Shown piece by piece: positions 1 through 10,611 of a stretch of 62,439 nt of DNA. Below the pieces are notes generated by a model, which saw only the letters and a list, made by a program, of their open reading frames with translations, made no database searches and was not told the DNA's origin. How positions within the stretch are numbered: position 1 is the first letter of the stretch; each line of letters starts with the position of its first letter. This DNA comes from Mayamaea pseudoterrestris (Eukaryota): the NCBI GenBank assembly GCA_027923505.1, contig BROI01000035.1, forward strand, positions 186,001 to 248,439. The letters are read 5' to 3'. The position numbers and the translations under genes are program-made.

Positions 1-593
1 CCCCACAACTTTTCAATGGGTCCGCCCATCTCCGAGGCCCAGCGCGAAAACTTGCTATACATTGCATCGGTACTCTTGACCAAGTCGGCTTCCTTAGACT
101 GGATGGCAATCAAGTCGTGAAAAATGGTCGTGCGACCAGTCTTGAGTGCCCAGCTGCAGGCACTGTAAGCCAATCGATGATGGCCAAATCCCATGCGAAT
201 CGTAGCCACGACAATGGGAGGCGACGTTGAGGACTTCAATACTTGCGCAATAGACTGCACATTCTTGGCCTTTGCATCACAAGTTCCAGCCTTGCGCGTT
301 ACCAACAAGCCAGGAACGTGAGGAGATTCGAAGCAGTCGAGTGAAATGGGTTCAGACGAAGCCTTGTGATTTCCATTGGCAAGCTTGTGGCCGAGAACAA
401 CCTTGATTGGATTGACAGGATTCTTCTTGGCGTCCACGAACGAGTCAATGTCGCAATGCGTTTTTGGAGAAACAAGGAGCTTTTCGTAAGTCACCTTGGC
501 CCACGCCGTCAAAACGACAAGGAGGAACAGGATGCTGGCTACGATTGCTGCCAAGACAATGAGAAAGACGGCCCATGGTGCAAAGACTGCCAT
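1..593 (-). CDS. Membrane-anchored GT-B-fold glycosyltransferase-like protein (5' part; runs off the window edge)
   Basis: Not in the ORF track. Manual translation from ATG at 593 is open to position 1: MAVFAPWAVFLIVLAAIVASILFLLVVLTAW (TM anchor) ... PIVVATIRMGFGHHRLAYSACSWAL. The beta-strand plus MGxGH motif resembles the N-terminal loop of GT-B enzymes (MGDG synthase/MurG-like). Confidence 0.6.
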   Translation of the reverse strand, partial: MAVFAPWAVFLIVLAAIVASILFLLVVLTAWAKVTYEKLLVSPKTHCDIDSFVDAKKNPVNPIKVVLGHKLANGNHKASSEPISLDCFESPHVPGLLVTRKAGTCDAKAKNVQSIAQVLKSSTSPPIVVATIRMGFGHHRLAYSACSWALKTGRTTIFHDLIAIQSKEADLVKSTDAMYSKFSRWASEMGGPIEKLW

Positions 594-826
594 GTTGCTC
601 TTGTACTTGCTCTTGTTGATGCAAATTAATGTCTTGCTTGCTTTCTCCTGGCTATTCTTCACTGGCAAGAGAGAGGAGAGGAATATATGAACGGAGCTGT
701 CGAGAGAGGAACACGCAGCGAGAGCGAAGAAGCGACTTCTTGCGGTTTCGAAAGATCTTCATGGAACGAGGCGCGCTGTTGGAAGATGCGTCCGTGGCGC
801 TCGTTCAATTCAACTATCGTCGTGAA

Positions 827-929
827 TTGGCACTACTGTTTGCTTCATAGTGCCAAAAACTTTGATTTTCAACGTTCTTGGCAGTACTCTATTTCCTATA
901 GTGCCAAAAATTAAAGTTTTTGGCAGTAC
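827..929. repeat. Array of alternating inverted motifs (TAGTGCCAAAAA / TTTTTGGCAsTA), about 51-bp period
   Basis: ttggcacta at 827, gtgccaaaaa at 850 and 901, ttggcagtac at 878 and 920. It lies between two divergent genes. Confidence 0.75.
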
Positions 930-1097
930 ATTTTGGTTGATAGTGATCACAAACGATATGCCTCAGCGGTACTGGATCATATGGCGTCGCAGAATCGAAG
1001 AATGGCCTCTTGCACCTTGCCCGAGCTGCATGCAACAAAACGAACCAAGCAGCAAGCAGCAAGCTAACAAGCAACCAATCTACCGATAGTATCGCAA

Positions 1098-1499
1098 ATG
1101 TCTAAAAGGTTCCCTGCTGCCGGATCCCGTGCCGAGGACGATGATGTCATCAACCAAGCCATTGACAAGGCCAAACCACTCATGGCAAAACTAACCTTTG
1201 GCTCATTCGTTGGATACTGCAGCGGCATGGCAACGCAGAGAATTGCCAGAGCTACGGCCCTTTTGATTGGAGTGACATTTATCGGAATTCAGATTGCTGC
1301 ATCAGCTGGAATTTTGACCATGGACTGGAACAAGCTTCAATTGCATTGTACCAAATTGATGGACGTTTCCGGCAATGGCAAGTTTGATGGAGAAGACGTC
1401 AAGGTATACTGGAAAAAGGTTCGAACGATATTGACCAAGAATATTCCATCGGCGGGTGGATTCAGTTTTGGGTTCTTGTACGGAGTGCGGTACGGATAG
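1098..1499 (+). CDS. FUN14: FUN14-family mitochondrial outer membrane protein with an EF-hand-like loop
   Basis: 133 aa with GSFVGYCSG, LLIGVTFIGIQIAASAGILTMDWNKL and C-terminal PSAGGFSFGFLYG, all typical of FUN14. DVSGNGKFDGED is EF-hand-like. Confidence 0.85.
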   Translation: MSKRFPAAGSRAEDDDVINQAIDKAKPLMAKLTFGSFVGYCSGMATQRIARATALLIGVTFIGIQIAASAGILTMDWNKLQLHCTKLMDVSGNGKFDGEDVKVYWKKVRTILTKNIPSAGGFSFGFLYGVRYG

Positions 1500-1789
1500 A
1501 TGCGCAAGCGCGGCGTTTCGGATGGAACGACTTGAGAGTGACGTTTCACTTGGCAGTAACAATACTTTACTTCATATGCTCCTTCCATAAATGGCAATCA
1601 ACTCTCTGATTGGCAGCTTCTCGTAAAGATAGACGCCGTAAAGACTTATTTATGTGTAACGCAATATTCCATGTAGCGTCGAGCTTGCATCCACTGGTTT
1701 ATTAATACAAATACAATGGCAGCTGGATCGAGCGATTGACGAACACCGCTATTTACCATCACACTGCAAAATTCATCATTGATGTACAT

Positions 1790-3037
1790 TTATCTATATT
1801 TCTTTACATTCTGGATTACACTATCGCATCGAATGCGATAGATTTGAACGTCGCGGCGTGGCTGAACAAACTTGGTCGGAAAGAGCGGCGGCAACCTTTC
1901 GCATTCTTGACCAGTGAAAAGAATCTCCAAGGACAAACCAACGTCAACTAGCTCTCTTCTAAATAAATTCAATGAAGCCTTGTTCCGTAGCGTCGCCGCA
2001 AATAAGGCAGTCTTGGGTTGCTTTGTATTCCTACCAGTCGGCGACTTGAAAAAAGACTGCATCACACGCACCAAACTGGGAATGACGCAAGCATCGTAAA
2101 TAACATCGGCAGCCAGCAAGACGTTGGCCTCTTTAACAGCTTTTAAGCCAAGACTCATCATGGGCAGCGAATTGCCAGTTTCATGAAATATACTGTTGCT
2201 TGCGACTGGTAACGAGTCTATTTCGCTCCAATCTAGATGCAAGGCTTCAAATACATAGTCGCTTCTGCTATATCTTGTCGCACCAGATGATGAATGCAGT
2301 AGTAGATTGTAGTTGTATCGCATATTTTCCAAGGCACCTGTAGAGTAGTCTGTGCATGTCACATGTGACGCTCTGCAAGTAGCCGTACAAACCAATCCAG
2401 TCAAACCAACGCCAGCGCCAAGCTCGACAACAGTTTGTCCATGAATCAGCGACGAGTGTTGAATCAAGTATTCGGCAAGGACAGCACCAGCCTCCCAAAG
2501 TCGGAGCGAAACGTCGTTGTGGTACGGATAGATGCGAATGCGCAGTAGAAGCAACTCCTTGTCGTCGTCGTCGCTTGGAAGAGGAAAGGAAAGATGACAG
2601 TATTCGTCAGGGTCTGGGACGGAGCGGGCAGCTCCCTGGAGCGTCAGCATCTCCGCCAACAGAGCTAATAGATTTTCTGACTGCTGAAGACGGTCTTCGT
2701 CGTCTCCAATGTAGCGACGAATGAAGGACTTGACAAGCTTAATGAGGTAAGACTTTGATGGACCGTATGGATCCTTCCACGCGATGGACAATGCTTCAAC
2801 GAATGAGTTTTGAGCGTGCATGCTAGTCGATTGTTCATCGTTTATTGCGTCTTTGTTGCTCATAAAAGCTTGAAGAACATTCTCAGTCGGTGCCATGGCA
2901 AAGACAAGCGATGAGACGGAACCAACGCCAAGTGTTCTTGGTGCTGCTGCGGCATCATTCCCTTCCGAGTCCGGCGCCTGCTTTCTTAATAATATCGTAT
3001 CGCTTCCTTTCAATTCAAACGTTTCCAATGCAGGCAT
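1790..3037 (-). CDS. Methyltransferase family 16 protein-lysine methyltransferase (EEF2KMT/FAM86-like)
   Basis: Motifs DVSLRLWEAGAVLAEYL, VVELGAGVGLTGL, TCTDY, LDW and LAADVIYD. The first in-frame ATG is at 3037; the ORF track starts at TTG 3061. Confidence 0.85.
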   Translation of the reverse strand: MPALETFELKGSDTILLRKQAPDSEGNDAAAAPRTLGVGSVSSLVFAMAPTENVLQAFMSNKDAINDEQSTSMHAQNSFVEALSIAWKDPYGPSKSYLIKLVKSFIRRYIGDDEDRLQQSENLLALLAEMLTLQGAARSVPDPDEYCHLSFPLPSDDDDKELLLLRIRIYPYHNDVSLRLWEAGAVLAEYLIQHSSLIHGQTVVELGAGVGLTGLVCTATCRASHVTCTDYSTGALENMRYNYNLLLHSSSGATRYSRSDYVFEALHLDWSEIDSLPVASNSIFHETGNSLPMMSLGLKAVKEANVLLAADVIYDACVIPSLVRVMQSFFKSPTGRNTKQPKTALFAATLRNKASLNLFRRELVDVGLSLEILFTGQECERLPPLFPTKFVQPRRDVQIYRIRCDSVIQNVKKYR

Positions 3038-3280
3038 GCTGAGTATTGAGGGAATGGCCAAACAGATCTGCGGAAGTGGTGGATGGTAGATGGTCGTAGC
3101 ATATAAATGCCATCAAGGAGTGAAACAGCTCATCGACAGCATAATAACAGCTTCCATAGGCAGAATAATATACAGGAGAGCAAGTCGGTCGAGGCTAAGT
3201 CCTATTGCTTGTTTGTTTCATCATATTTTTTGTCGCAGCTTTAACGTTCTTTCACGTGGGACGAAGGATGCAACGATGCT

Positions 3281-3437
3281 AGGCAATAGTACGAAACAAG
3301 TGCCAGTGTCAACTACGTCATAAGGCAATAGTACGAAACGAGTGCCAGTGAAAACTGCGTCATAAAGGCAATAATACGAAACGAGTGCCAGTGAAAGCTG
3401 CGTCACAAGACAATAGTAAAGAACAGGCTCGTGAAAC
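3281..3437. repeat. Minisatellite of 3 x 42-43 bp units plus a degenerate fourth
   Basis: Units aggcaatagtacgaaac(a/g)agtgccagtg...cgtca start at 3281, 3323 and 3366, with a degenerate copy from 3408. Confidence 0.9.
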
Positions 3438-3514
3438 GATCAGCCGACCACAAAAAAATGCTCGCATTTCCGCGCATGTTGTGGTCCCGTTGCTCCTCTA
3501 TTCGCTCGTAGATC

Positions 3515-6319
3515 ATGCAGCAGAGTTGCAATGCTTTCAAGCATTTACAAAATTGTTTGTTAACGCAAAAAAGTCGAAGGACTGGGAGTCACCTTCAATC
3601 TCGTCCTATACAACAATCCACGATAGCTGCGGGTTGTACAAGGAACGACGGCCTTCGTCGGCTCGTCACCTTTGAGCCATCACTTCCTCCACAGACCGCA
3701 ACAGATTTTTCAAGACAAAATTTCGCACTACCGGTAGTCTTTAACCAACGAGCGTCACTATCGACTGGTATGACATCAAGCGACGATGGTGTGATGCTCA
3801 TGAGACGACGACAGGCGAAAGGCGTTACAGACACTGTGCAATCGATTCTTGAACACTTGCGCGGGCGCAACGATAGCAGCCATAGAAATGTCACTTTAAA
3901 ATGGTATAATGAGAAAGAAAAATATAAGCGACAAGAGCAATGGAAGCCGCAGCAATTCGCACACCCAACGATTCAAAGTGCGACGCCTAATTCTACTGCA
4001 GCACTGAGCAGCGACGACGCAAATCATAATAAACATGATCCAAGCAATAATGACTTTCGCTTCCGACATGTTTTAACAGTGAACGCACCACAACAGGATC
4101 ACTTGCTGACCTGCTTGGATGATGGAATGGAGACGATGCATGTAGCAACGACACATAAAACAGATGATGAGTTTCCGCTTGATACTCAATCAATCAGCGA
4201 CGGTACTGCTTACGATGACAATGCAGACGATCAATCGCACGTTCGAGACACGCAAGATGCATTGAAGAATGGCATTTGTTTACTGCGAGCCATGTCAAGT
4301 AATGATTTTGACCTGTACGACAGCATTACTGACGACCATGACATTTTACTTGACCATATGGACCAGCCAACAGAAAATTACACTTTACGGCAGGTTCAGG
4401 ACGATAAAACTATGGAGGTTTTGTCTATTAGTCCATCGGAAAATGTACATAAACGCGTCGCTGAGCACGATACTGCCAATTTCTTGCAGGAGATTAAGTT
4501 CAGTCTGCGTTCACCCTCGAACGATACACATTTTTGCAACATTCTGCTACTAAGGGTCGCTTTGACCATGGCTTTGTCGCATGATCTAGTCCTTGAGGCT
4601 CTTATGAACATTTTTCATCGCATGCAACTTCTTGCTGGCGCAGGTGCGGAACAAATGCAACCAAACGAGGATACGTACGAAATTGTCATTCACGCCCTAC
4701 ACAAACGCCTACGTTCTTTCACAACCGGCACCGACGTGATCCACTCGTCGCTCCGAAACGAAAACTTTGGAGCTATATGGAACCACTATTCCTTGCTGGA
4801 AGCTCTGCAGCTCTGCGACGCATCAAGCCATCTCGATCTGGCGCTCCAACTCGTGGCGCGAATCTCAGATGACAACGACGATCGAGCTACGTCGATTCAC
4901 GTCCCGCCCGCAGTTTTTCAAATTCTTGTTCGTATGTCCAAGCGCCTTAACCGGGTAGAAGATGCTGCGACCGTCGTTAAAATTTGCCTCGAGCGACATC
5001 AAAGGCGCGGCCGATATTCGTTTTCGCAAGAAGAAATCGAAAGCGTGCTTGTGAATGTACTCCGATGGCCGGACCATCATAGGTCAGGGCAGCGGGTCGG
5101 TAGTGCGCCTGCAATTCACAAAGTACTGGCAGTTTTGAAGGAATTTCCCGACTTTCGACCTGGCTATCGTTTCTGGAGAGAGGCGATAGTAGTGTCTGCG
5201 AGAGGTGCAGATCTCGATGTTAAGCGATGGATAATGGTGAGGGATGCCTTCCAAAATTTATCAGTGAATGTGGAAGATTACTGGCCCGACCACAAGTTAT
5301 TGACCATTGGGTTAAAGGCTAGTGAAGCATTGGACGATGCTTCGTTGGCTGCGGACATTGTCCGCCGCATTGCAGTGCAAGGTGCCCGGTCAATGACATT
5401 GAAGTCGTCAACGTCGCAATTTATTGCTGCTGACATGTCTACTGACTCTTTGCCTAGTCAGCGTACTGGTACGATGGACCTTCTTTCGGTTTTTGATCTC
5501 GAAAAAGCCGTCATGATTTGTCGGCATGACGCTGCGGCCTTGCGGTCCTTGCTTGAAAGTATTTTTGATCTTAGTGGTCGAATACCACTCACATTCCAGC
5601 AGTATCTATTCGAGCTAGGTGTTAAGAGCTACGCAGCAAAACATGAGCCGGAGACAGCGGAAGCCTTACTGGTGACGCTTATCGATCGAGGATTTGAATT
5701 GAGCGAGGATACATATGGGGCAGTAATCTACGCGTTTGCAAAGGCGGGGCAACCGGACCAAGCTCTACTGTTCTTCCAAGACATGGAGTCGGGTGAGCTG
5801 CCTTGCAACCCCGGGCCATCCTCTTACAATGGACTTATTGTAAGTCATCTTTTGTCGCACGCCTGGTCCAAAGTCTTTGAAAAGTATGAGGCAATGCAGC
5901 AAAAGGGGATGCTGCCGCTACCTCCGACTCATCATGCTGCCTTGTTAGCGACCTATCGTTGCGGCGGGAAGGAAACGATGTTGGATTTACTTGACAAAAT
6001 TGTTGCATCCGAGGCGCCTCTGTCGGCATCTACGTGCAAATGGGCGGCCAAGATTGTACTGGAACTTGATGGCAAGACGGCGTCCTTGTCGAGCGACGAT
6101 TTGCAAAGTTTAATTGTAAATGCCGTGGATGACGATGTGGCCGAGTCTTTGCGAACTATAATGGGGTCGTGGACAATGGCGGAGCGAAAGGAGGAAAGCG
6201 TTGCCACGGGCAGCATTAGTCGAGTTGAACACGAAAGAAAGAGGCGGCAAGCTTGGGCAGAGTTCTTACTGTCACTCAACCGACACACGCAGCTGCGACT
6301 GCAAGCGAGAGATATATAG
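3515..6319 (+). CDS. Pentatricopeptide repeat (PPR) protein, probably organelle-targeted
   Basis: 934-aa ORF with C-terminal PPR motifs (TYGAVIYAFAKAGQPDQALLFFQDME; PSSYNGLIVSHL...VFEKYEAMQQKGMLP) and an R/S/T-rich N-terminus. Confidence 0.75.
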   Translation: MQQSCNAFKHLQNCLLTQKSRRTGSHLQSRPIQQSTIAAGCTRNDGLRRLVTFEPSLPPQTATDFSRQNFALPVVFNQRASLSTGMTSSDDGVMLMRRRQAKGVTDTVQSILEHLRGRNDSSHRNVTLKWYNEKEKYKRQEQWKPQQFAHPTIQSATPNSTAALSSDDANHNKHDPSNNDFRFRHVLTVNAPQQDHLLTCLDDGMETMHVATTHKTDDEFPLDTQSISDGTAYDDNADDQSHVRDTQDALKNGICLLRAMSSNDFDLYDSITDDHDILLDHMDQPTENYTLRQVQDDKTMEVLSISPSENVHKRVAEHDTANFLQEIKFSLRSPSNDTHFCNILLLRVALTMALSHDLVLEALMNIFHRMQLLAGAGAEQMQPNEDTYEIVIHALHKRLRSFTTGTDVIHSSLRNENFGAIWNHYSLLEALQLCDASSHLDLALQLVARISDDNDDRATSIHVPPAVFQILVRMSKRLNRVEDAATVVKICLERHQRRGRYSFSQEEIESVLVNVLRWPDHHRSGQRVGSAPAIHKVLAVLKEFPDFRPGYRFWREAIVVSARGADLDVKRWIMVRDAFQNLSVNVEDYWPDHKLLTIGLKASEALDDASLAADIVRRIAVQGARSMTLKSSTSQFIAADMSTDSLPSQRTGTMDLLSVFDLEKAVMICRHDAAALRSLLESIFDLSGRIPLTFQQYLFELGVKSYAAKHEPETAEALLVTLIDRGFELSEDTYGAVIYAFAKAGQPDQALLFFQDMESGELPCNPGPSSYNGLIVSHLLSHAWSKVFEKYEAMQQKGMLPLPPTHHAALLATYRCGGKETMLDLLDKIVASEAPLSASTCKWAAKIVLELDGKTASLSSDDLQSLIVNAVDDDVAESLRTIMGSWTMAERKEESVATGSISRVEHERKRRQAWAEFLLSLNRHTQLRLQARDI

Positions 6320-6894
6320 AGAATCGCTAATTTAAATGTAATTACTTTATAACATGTAAAGGACGACTCGTGCGACGTCAGGATCGCAAGGATCTTTCAT
6401 AAGCAAGCACCATTCGTGCCAAGCTATATCGGCTATACAATAGCCATAGGAGTTTGAGCCTTCAATTTCGATTGGTATCAAATCACTGTATATTGCAGCC
6501 AACATATCGGCTTATTCAATGCTCTGTGATAAATAATGATCTTGCAAACGCCGACCAGTGTAGAAGCGGCAGGCATGGCCTTCGAGCGTCAAGCTTGCAT
6601 CGCTTACTCAACTATACATCATTAAAATCAATGCAAGCAATTAGTGCTCATGTTAGCTGCCTACAAAAGTCAGGATAGATCCATTGATTGCGCGTACTCG
6701 TGTAGCGCCATGGTGAGATGTGAGATTCGCCTCACATCTTTGACGTTAGCAGTAGTTGTTTCGAAAGGCCCAAGAAAGGTCATAATGACTCATGATGACC
6801 GACGGAATGTTGGTCGTGGTCAGACGTGTATCGCCAAACTTGTTTCGTCGAGCGATCGTCAAGGCGACGATCACAATATTTTCGAACGAGCGAC

Positions 6895-9800
6895 ATGACG
6901 AGCATGTTACAAGCAACTACAGCAATCGACGCCATGCCTTTTATGGTGTCTACTACTGCGATCATGGCGACGACGGGTACTACTACGAGTGCGAATGGCG
7001 AGGCGCAATCGGAGCAAGGTGAGTTTCTGTCGTGCAATGAGAACGAGCGATGAGCGACGAGTTTTCGAAGGAGTCCCACGGACGACCGTGCACCTGCCAC
7101 CACTACAATTTCGCCCTATACACTTGCCAATGCTTGCTACATACATTACACATACTCACATGATCAATTATCGTTTCATTGTACAGTTTCTACGTCAAGC
7201 GTCATTGTCGGATCGAGTCGTTGGAATGCGACGTTTGGAGTGCCTGGTGCAATGGCAGCCACTCGTCGCGACTTTTCCAGCGAGCTTGATTCGATCTTGG
7301 AGGAGGATTCGGCCAAGGACGAACTAGAGGAGGCGCCGGCGTGCGCGTTTCTCTCGTCCAAGGCCATTGGCAAGGCGCCCTTGAACCAGTCCTGGATCGG
7401 GCGGGTGTTGCCACCGAGTGACGAGGACAGGTCATTCACCAACGGAAACATGAAGGAGGCGGAAGCAACTTGCGGGCTCGCGCTCAACGATCCAGTCAAG
7501 GCGGCGACGTACTGGAACGGGCGCTGGGAGCTCCAGGGTGACGAGGACAAGTCACCCGCCAAGGAAATTGAATGGGACTGGAATCGCGGACGTCAGCCGC
7601 GAATCCAGCCCAGCAAGACGGCAGCGGCGGCTGCATGCGGAGAAAAGCCTACACGAACGGTCCAGCAAGAGATCGATTCGCTCATGGCTCAGATTCGTTT
7701 GCTCAAGGCAAAGGGCAGCACGGGCGACTTGCTCGATTGGGATTGGAGCCGTGGACGATTGGCGCACTTGGAGCGCGATTTGGCGGCGGTGATGATCCAG
7801 CAAGAAATCGACTCACTCAAGAAAGCATGGATCTGGATGAACGGGCGAGCGGAGTATCTTGAGCGCAACAAAGAGGCGTTGATTGCGGCTGCAACGTCCG
7901 AGGCACTTTCCAAACGCCCATCGCAGCAACAGGCTGGATCGTTTGGTGGACCAGCGATCGACGACGAATGCAACGACGACTTGCCGGAATGGAGCTGGAA
8001 CCGCGGGCGAAACGGGTTGCTACAGCGCGAACACGCGGAGTTGGCCGAGATCCGACATGCGTCCATGGTGCCACCAAAGGTTTCTTTGGCGCCGCAGGAG
8101 CAGCAATTGGTGGCCGACGCGAGAGTCAAACCACCACGCAACGACGCACGCGCATGCGCCAACGTTCCGAGTTGCAGGCCATGCGACGGACAAGTTGAGG
8201 TTACTGATTCTTACGTCAAGGAGGCCGGCGAGGCACATGGGAGTCGCAAGTGGTTGATTCTCCTGGCAATGTGCGTCGGCATTTTTCTAAGCGGATTGGC
8301 ATTTCTATTGGCGGGCGAGGGGGCGCCAACGCAGCAATCAACTTCTTTCACTTGGCAATCTACTGATTCCTGGTCAATGACGCGGCAATCTCCTGATTCT
8401 TCTCATCAAGGCACAAAGGATGTGACGCAATTGATCAGCCCCGTTACTTCTCACGACAGCGGCATGTTAGGTCAAGCTCCCTGGGCGTTGCAGTTTGATT
8501 ACTTTGAGGTCGAGCCGACGGGCGAGGTGCACGTAGGCATTATTTGCAGCACCAAGCTTGTTAATTGGACGGCTGCAGAAGGATTGCTCGATAAGGACAC
8601 GCAAGTCATGCTTAAAAGTCGGACGGTTGGGCATGCAGACATCAAGCTTGATCGCGGTTTTGACTGGCACAATGGCAAGCCGCTCCTCTCCGTTGAATTC
8701 GGCGATGGACGCTTTGGTGTCACAGTAGTCTGCGAAGACTTGTCTACCAAGCAGGAACTCTCCTTGTCAATTGGAACTCCATTGATTGACCTACCGACGG
8801 ATGTGTTTGAAATTGCACCGCATGTTTCAGTTCCTCCCTTGCCGCTCCTCAACTGGGAACTGCAAGCTTCACCAGCAGAATCCAGCCTCGAGCACATTCA
8901 TTCGCTATATCCGCTTGAAATCTTTCGAGATGACGCGAAACCACTATCGTTTTGGCAACAGATGGTACATGTCAATGGGCAGCAGCAATGCAGCATGTCA
9001 GTGTTGAAATACGACTTGCTCGTATCGGAGTACACTTGTATGGAGGCTGCGTGGGTTGAACTAATTACTGCTCCCAAAGCCATTAGAGACGAGTCGAAAT
9101 CCGTCTCGATCTGGCAGCCGATGATAGATGTGATGGAGCAGCAAGAACGCAGCATGACAATCGTTCATGACGTCAAATTCGCTCCGACTTGGATCGATGA
9201 TCTATGGCTCAACCTTACAGTTCATAGTCTGCAGTTTTCCGGCGACAACTCAAAAGCTCTTTCTGTTTGGAAGTCGGCGAGTATGGCGAAGCATCAAGAT
9301 GGGAACAAGTTGGCGGGTCTTGACGAGGGTAGCGGCATGGCGCGTGCGACGTTGATGGATGCAAGCCAAGTTTCCAATATTCAGTCGACAGCTCTTACCG
9401 TTCGGCAATCTGTGGGTGTGACTGAGCATCGAGAATGGAGCAAGTTGGCAGGACTTTATTACGACAGTTGCACCACCCGTGCCACGTTGGCGGATGCTTT
9501 GTGGTTCAGACCTGCATCTGGGAGTGGAAATGCCAACAGCCAATTAAAAACCAAATCTTACTGGCAGCCAAAGGAAATCTTTGAGCAGCAACACGAGCTG
9601 AGCACGTTGGCGGTCCACGATAAGAACAAACCCGCTCTCGGTCAGCAAGGCTGGAGTCAGCTGGTGGTTCATGGCGATGGCCATTCGCTCGGGTCAGCCA
9701 ATGTCCACTTTGAGTTCTCGGAGGATGAGACAGCTGGCGTCAAAGTTGAGATTGACTGCAGCTACAACAAGGTGGACGCATCTGGCGGGTTCACAAGCAA

Positions 9801-10611
9801 GACAGTGCACCTCGCCAATGTCACGCTATTTCGCTCCCACGATCCCTTTGCAGGACGAGAGCTTCTTACGGTGGGTTTTGGTGACGGGCGCTATAGCGTC
9901 ACAGTTGTTTGCAGCGACACCGACAAGCCCTCGTCTATTGTCGCGGCTATTCCGCGAGTCGCAGCTTCAACCATGATAATTAAGGCTACCAATGCTTCTT
10001 CAAGTGTTTTGATTGAGGCAGACTTCAGTTCAAATTCTGGGTGGCGATTCTACCATGTCCTTTTGGTAATGGTGGTATTGTACGTCGTTGGAAAGCGTGG
10101 TAAGCGTCGTCGTCAATTAAAGAAGGAGCGTCGCGAACGTCGAGAGCGCCGAGCCCTCCGTCGCCTAGAGAAGGCTGAAAAGAAGCAAGCTGCCATGAAA
10201 GCAGCAGTCAAGATCAAAGGAATCTTAAAAAAGCAAAGCAGCGTGGTTAGCAACGGCCGCCGAGTGCATTTCGCTGACCAAGTGTCCGTCCGCCAATTTG
10301 GTCGGACGGTTGGCACAAGGTCGAGACAGATTCTTGCCTATGGAAGGCCGCGGGGCGAGCCATCGGGCTTTCCGCTGGGATTGGACTGGCATTTTGCGGA
10401 TGAGCAGGCGGATTCTGACGCATTCGGTCATGGCGACACCAGAGGGAGTAAAATGAAGCGCACATCTTCGCGCTCTCGTCGTCAAGTTCTCTTGGATCAC
10501 GGTTTGGAACTCGATGCGATTGGGCGTTTGGATACGGCTGATCGGATGAGCCATCTCGCGGAAATTGAAGCCTTCTTTGCAATGGCAGATGAGGATGTGA
10601 CCGACGTTTAG
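6895..10611 (+). CDS. Large unrecognised two-TM protein with internal repeats and a C-terminal GILK + RVxF motif
   Basis: Exon 1 is 6895-7018. Intron 7019-7186 (cAG|GTGAGT...tacAG) splices in frame into ORF 7240-10611. Two hydrophobic segments (WLILLAMCVGIFLSGLAFLLA; FYHVLLVMVVLYVVG). The tail reads KGILKK...RRVHFADQVSVRQF...GFPLGLDW. Confidence 0.7.

Noticed and set aside
3281..3437. CRISPR array
   Set aside because: The units are head-to-tail with no unique spacers, there are no cas genes, and the context is eukaryotic. The same applies to 21379-22080.
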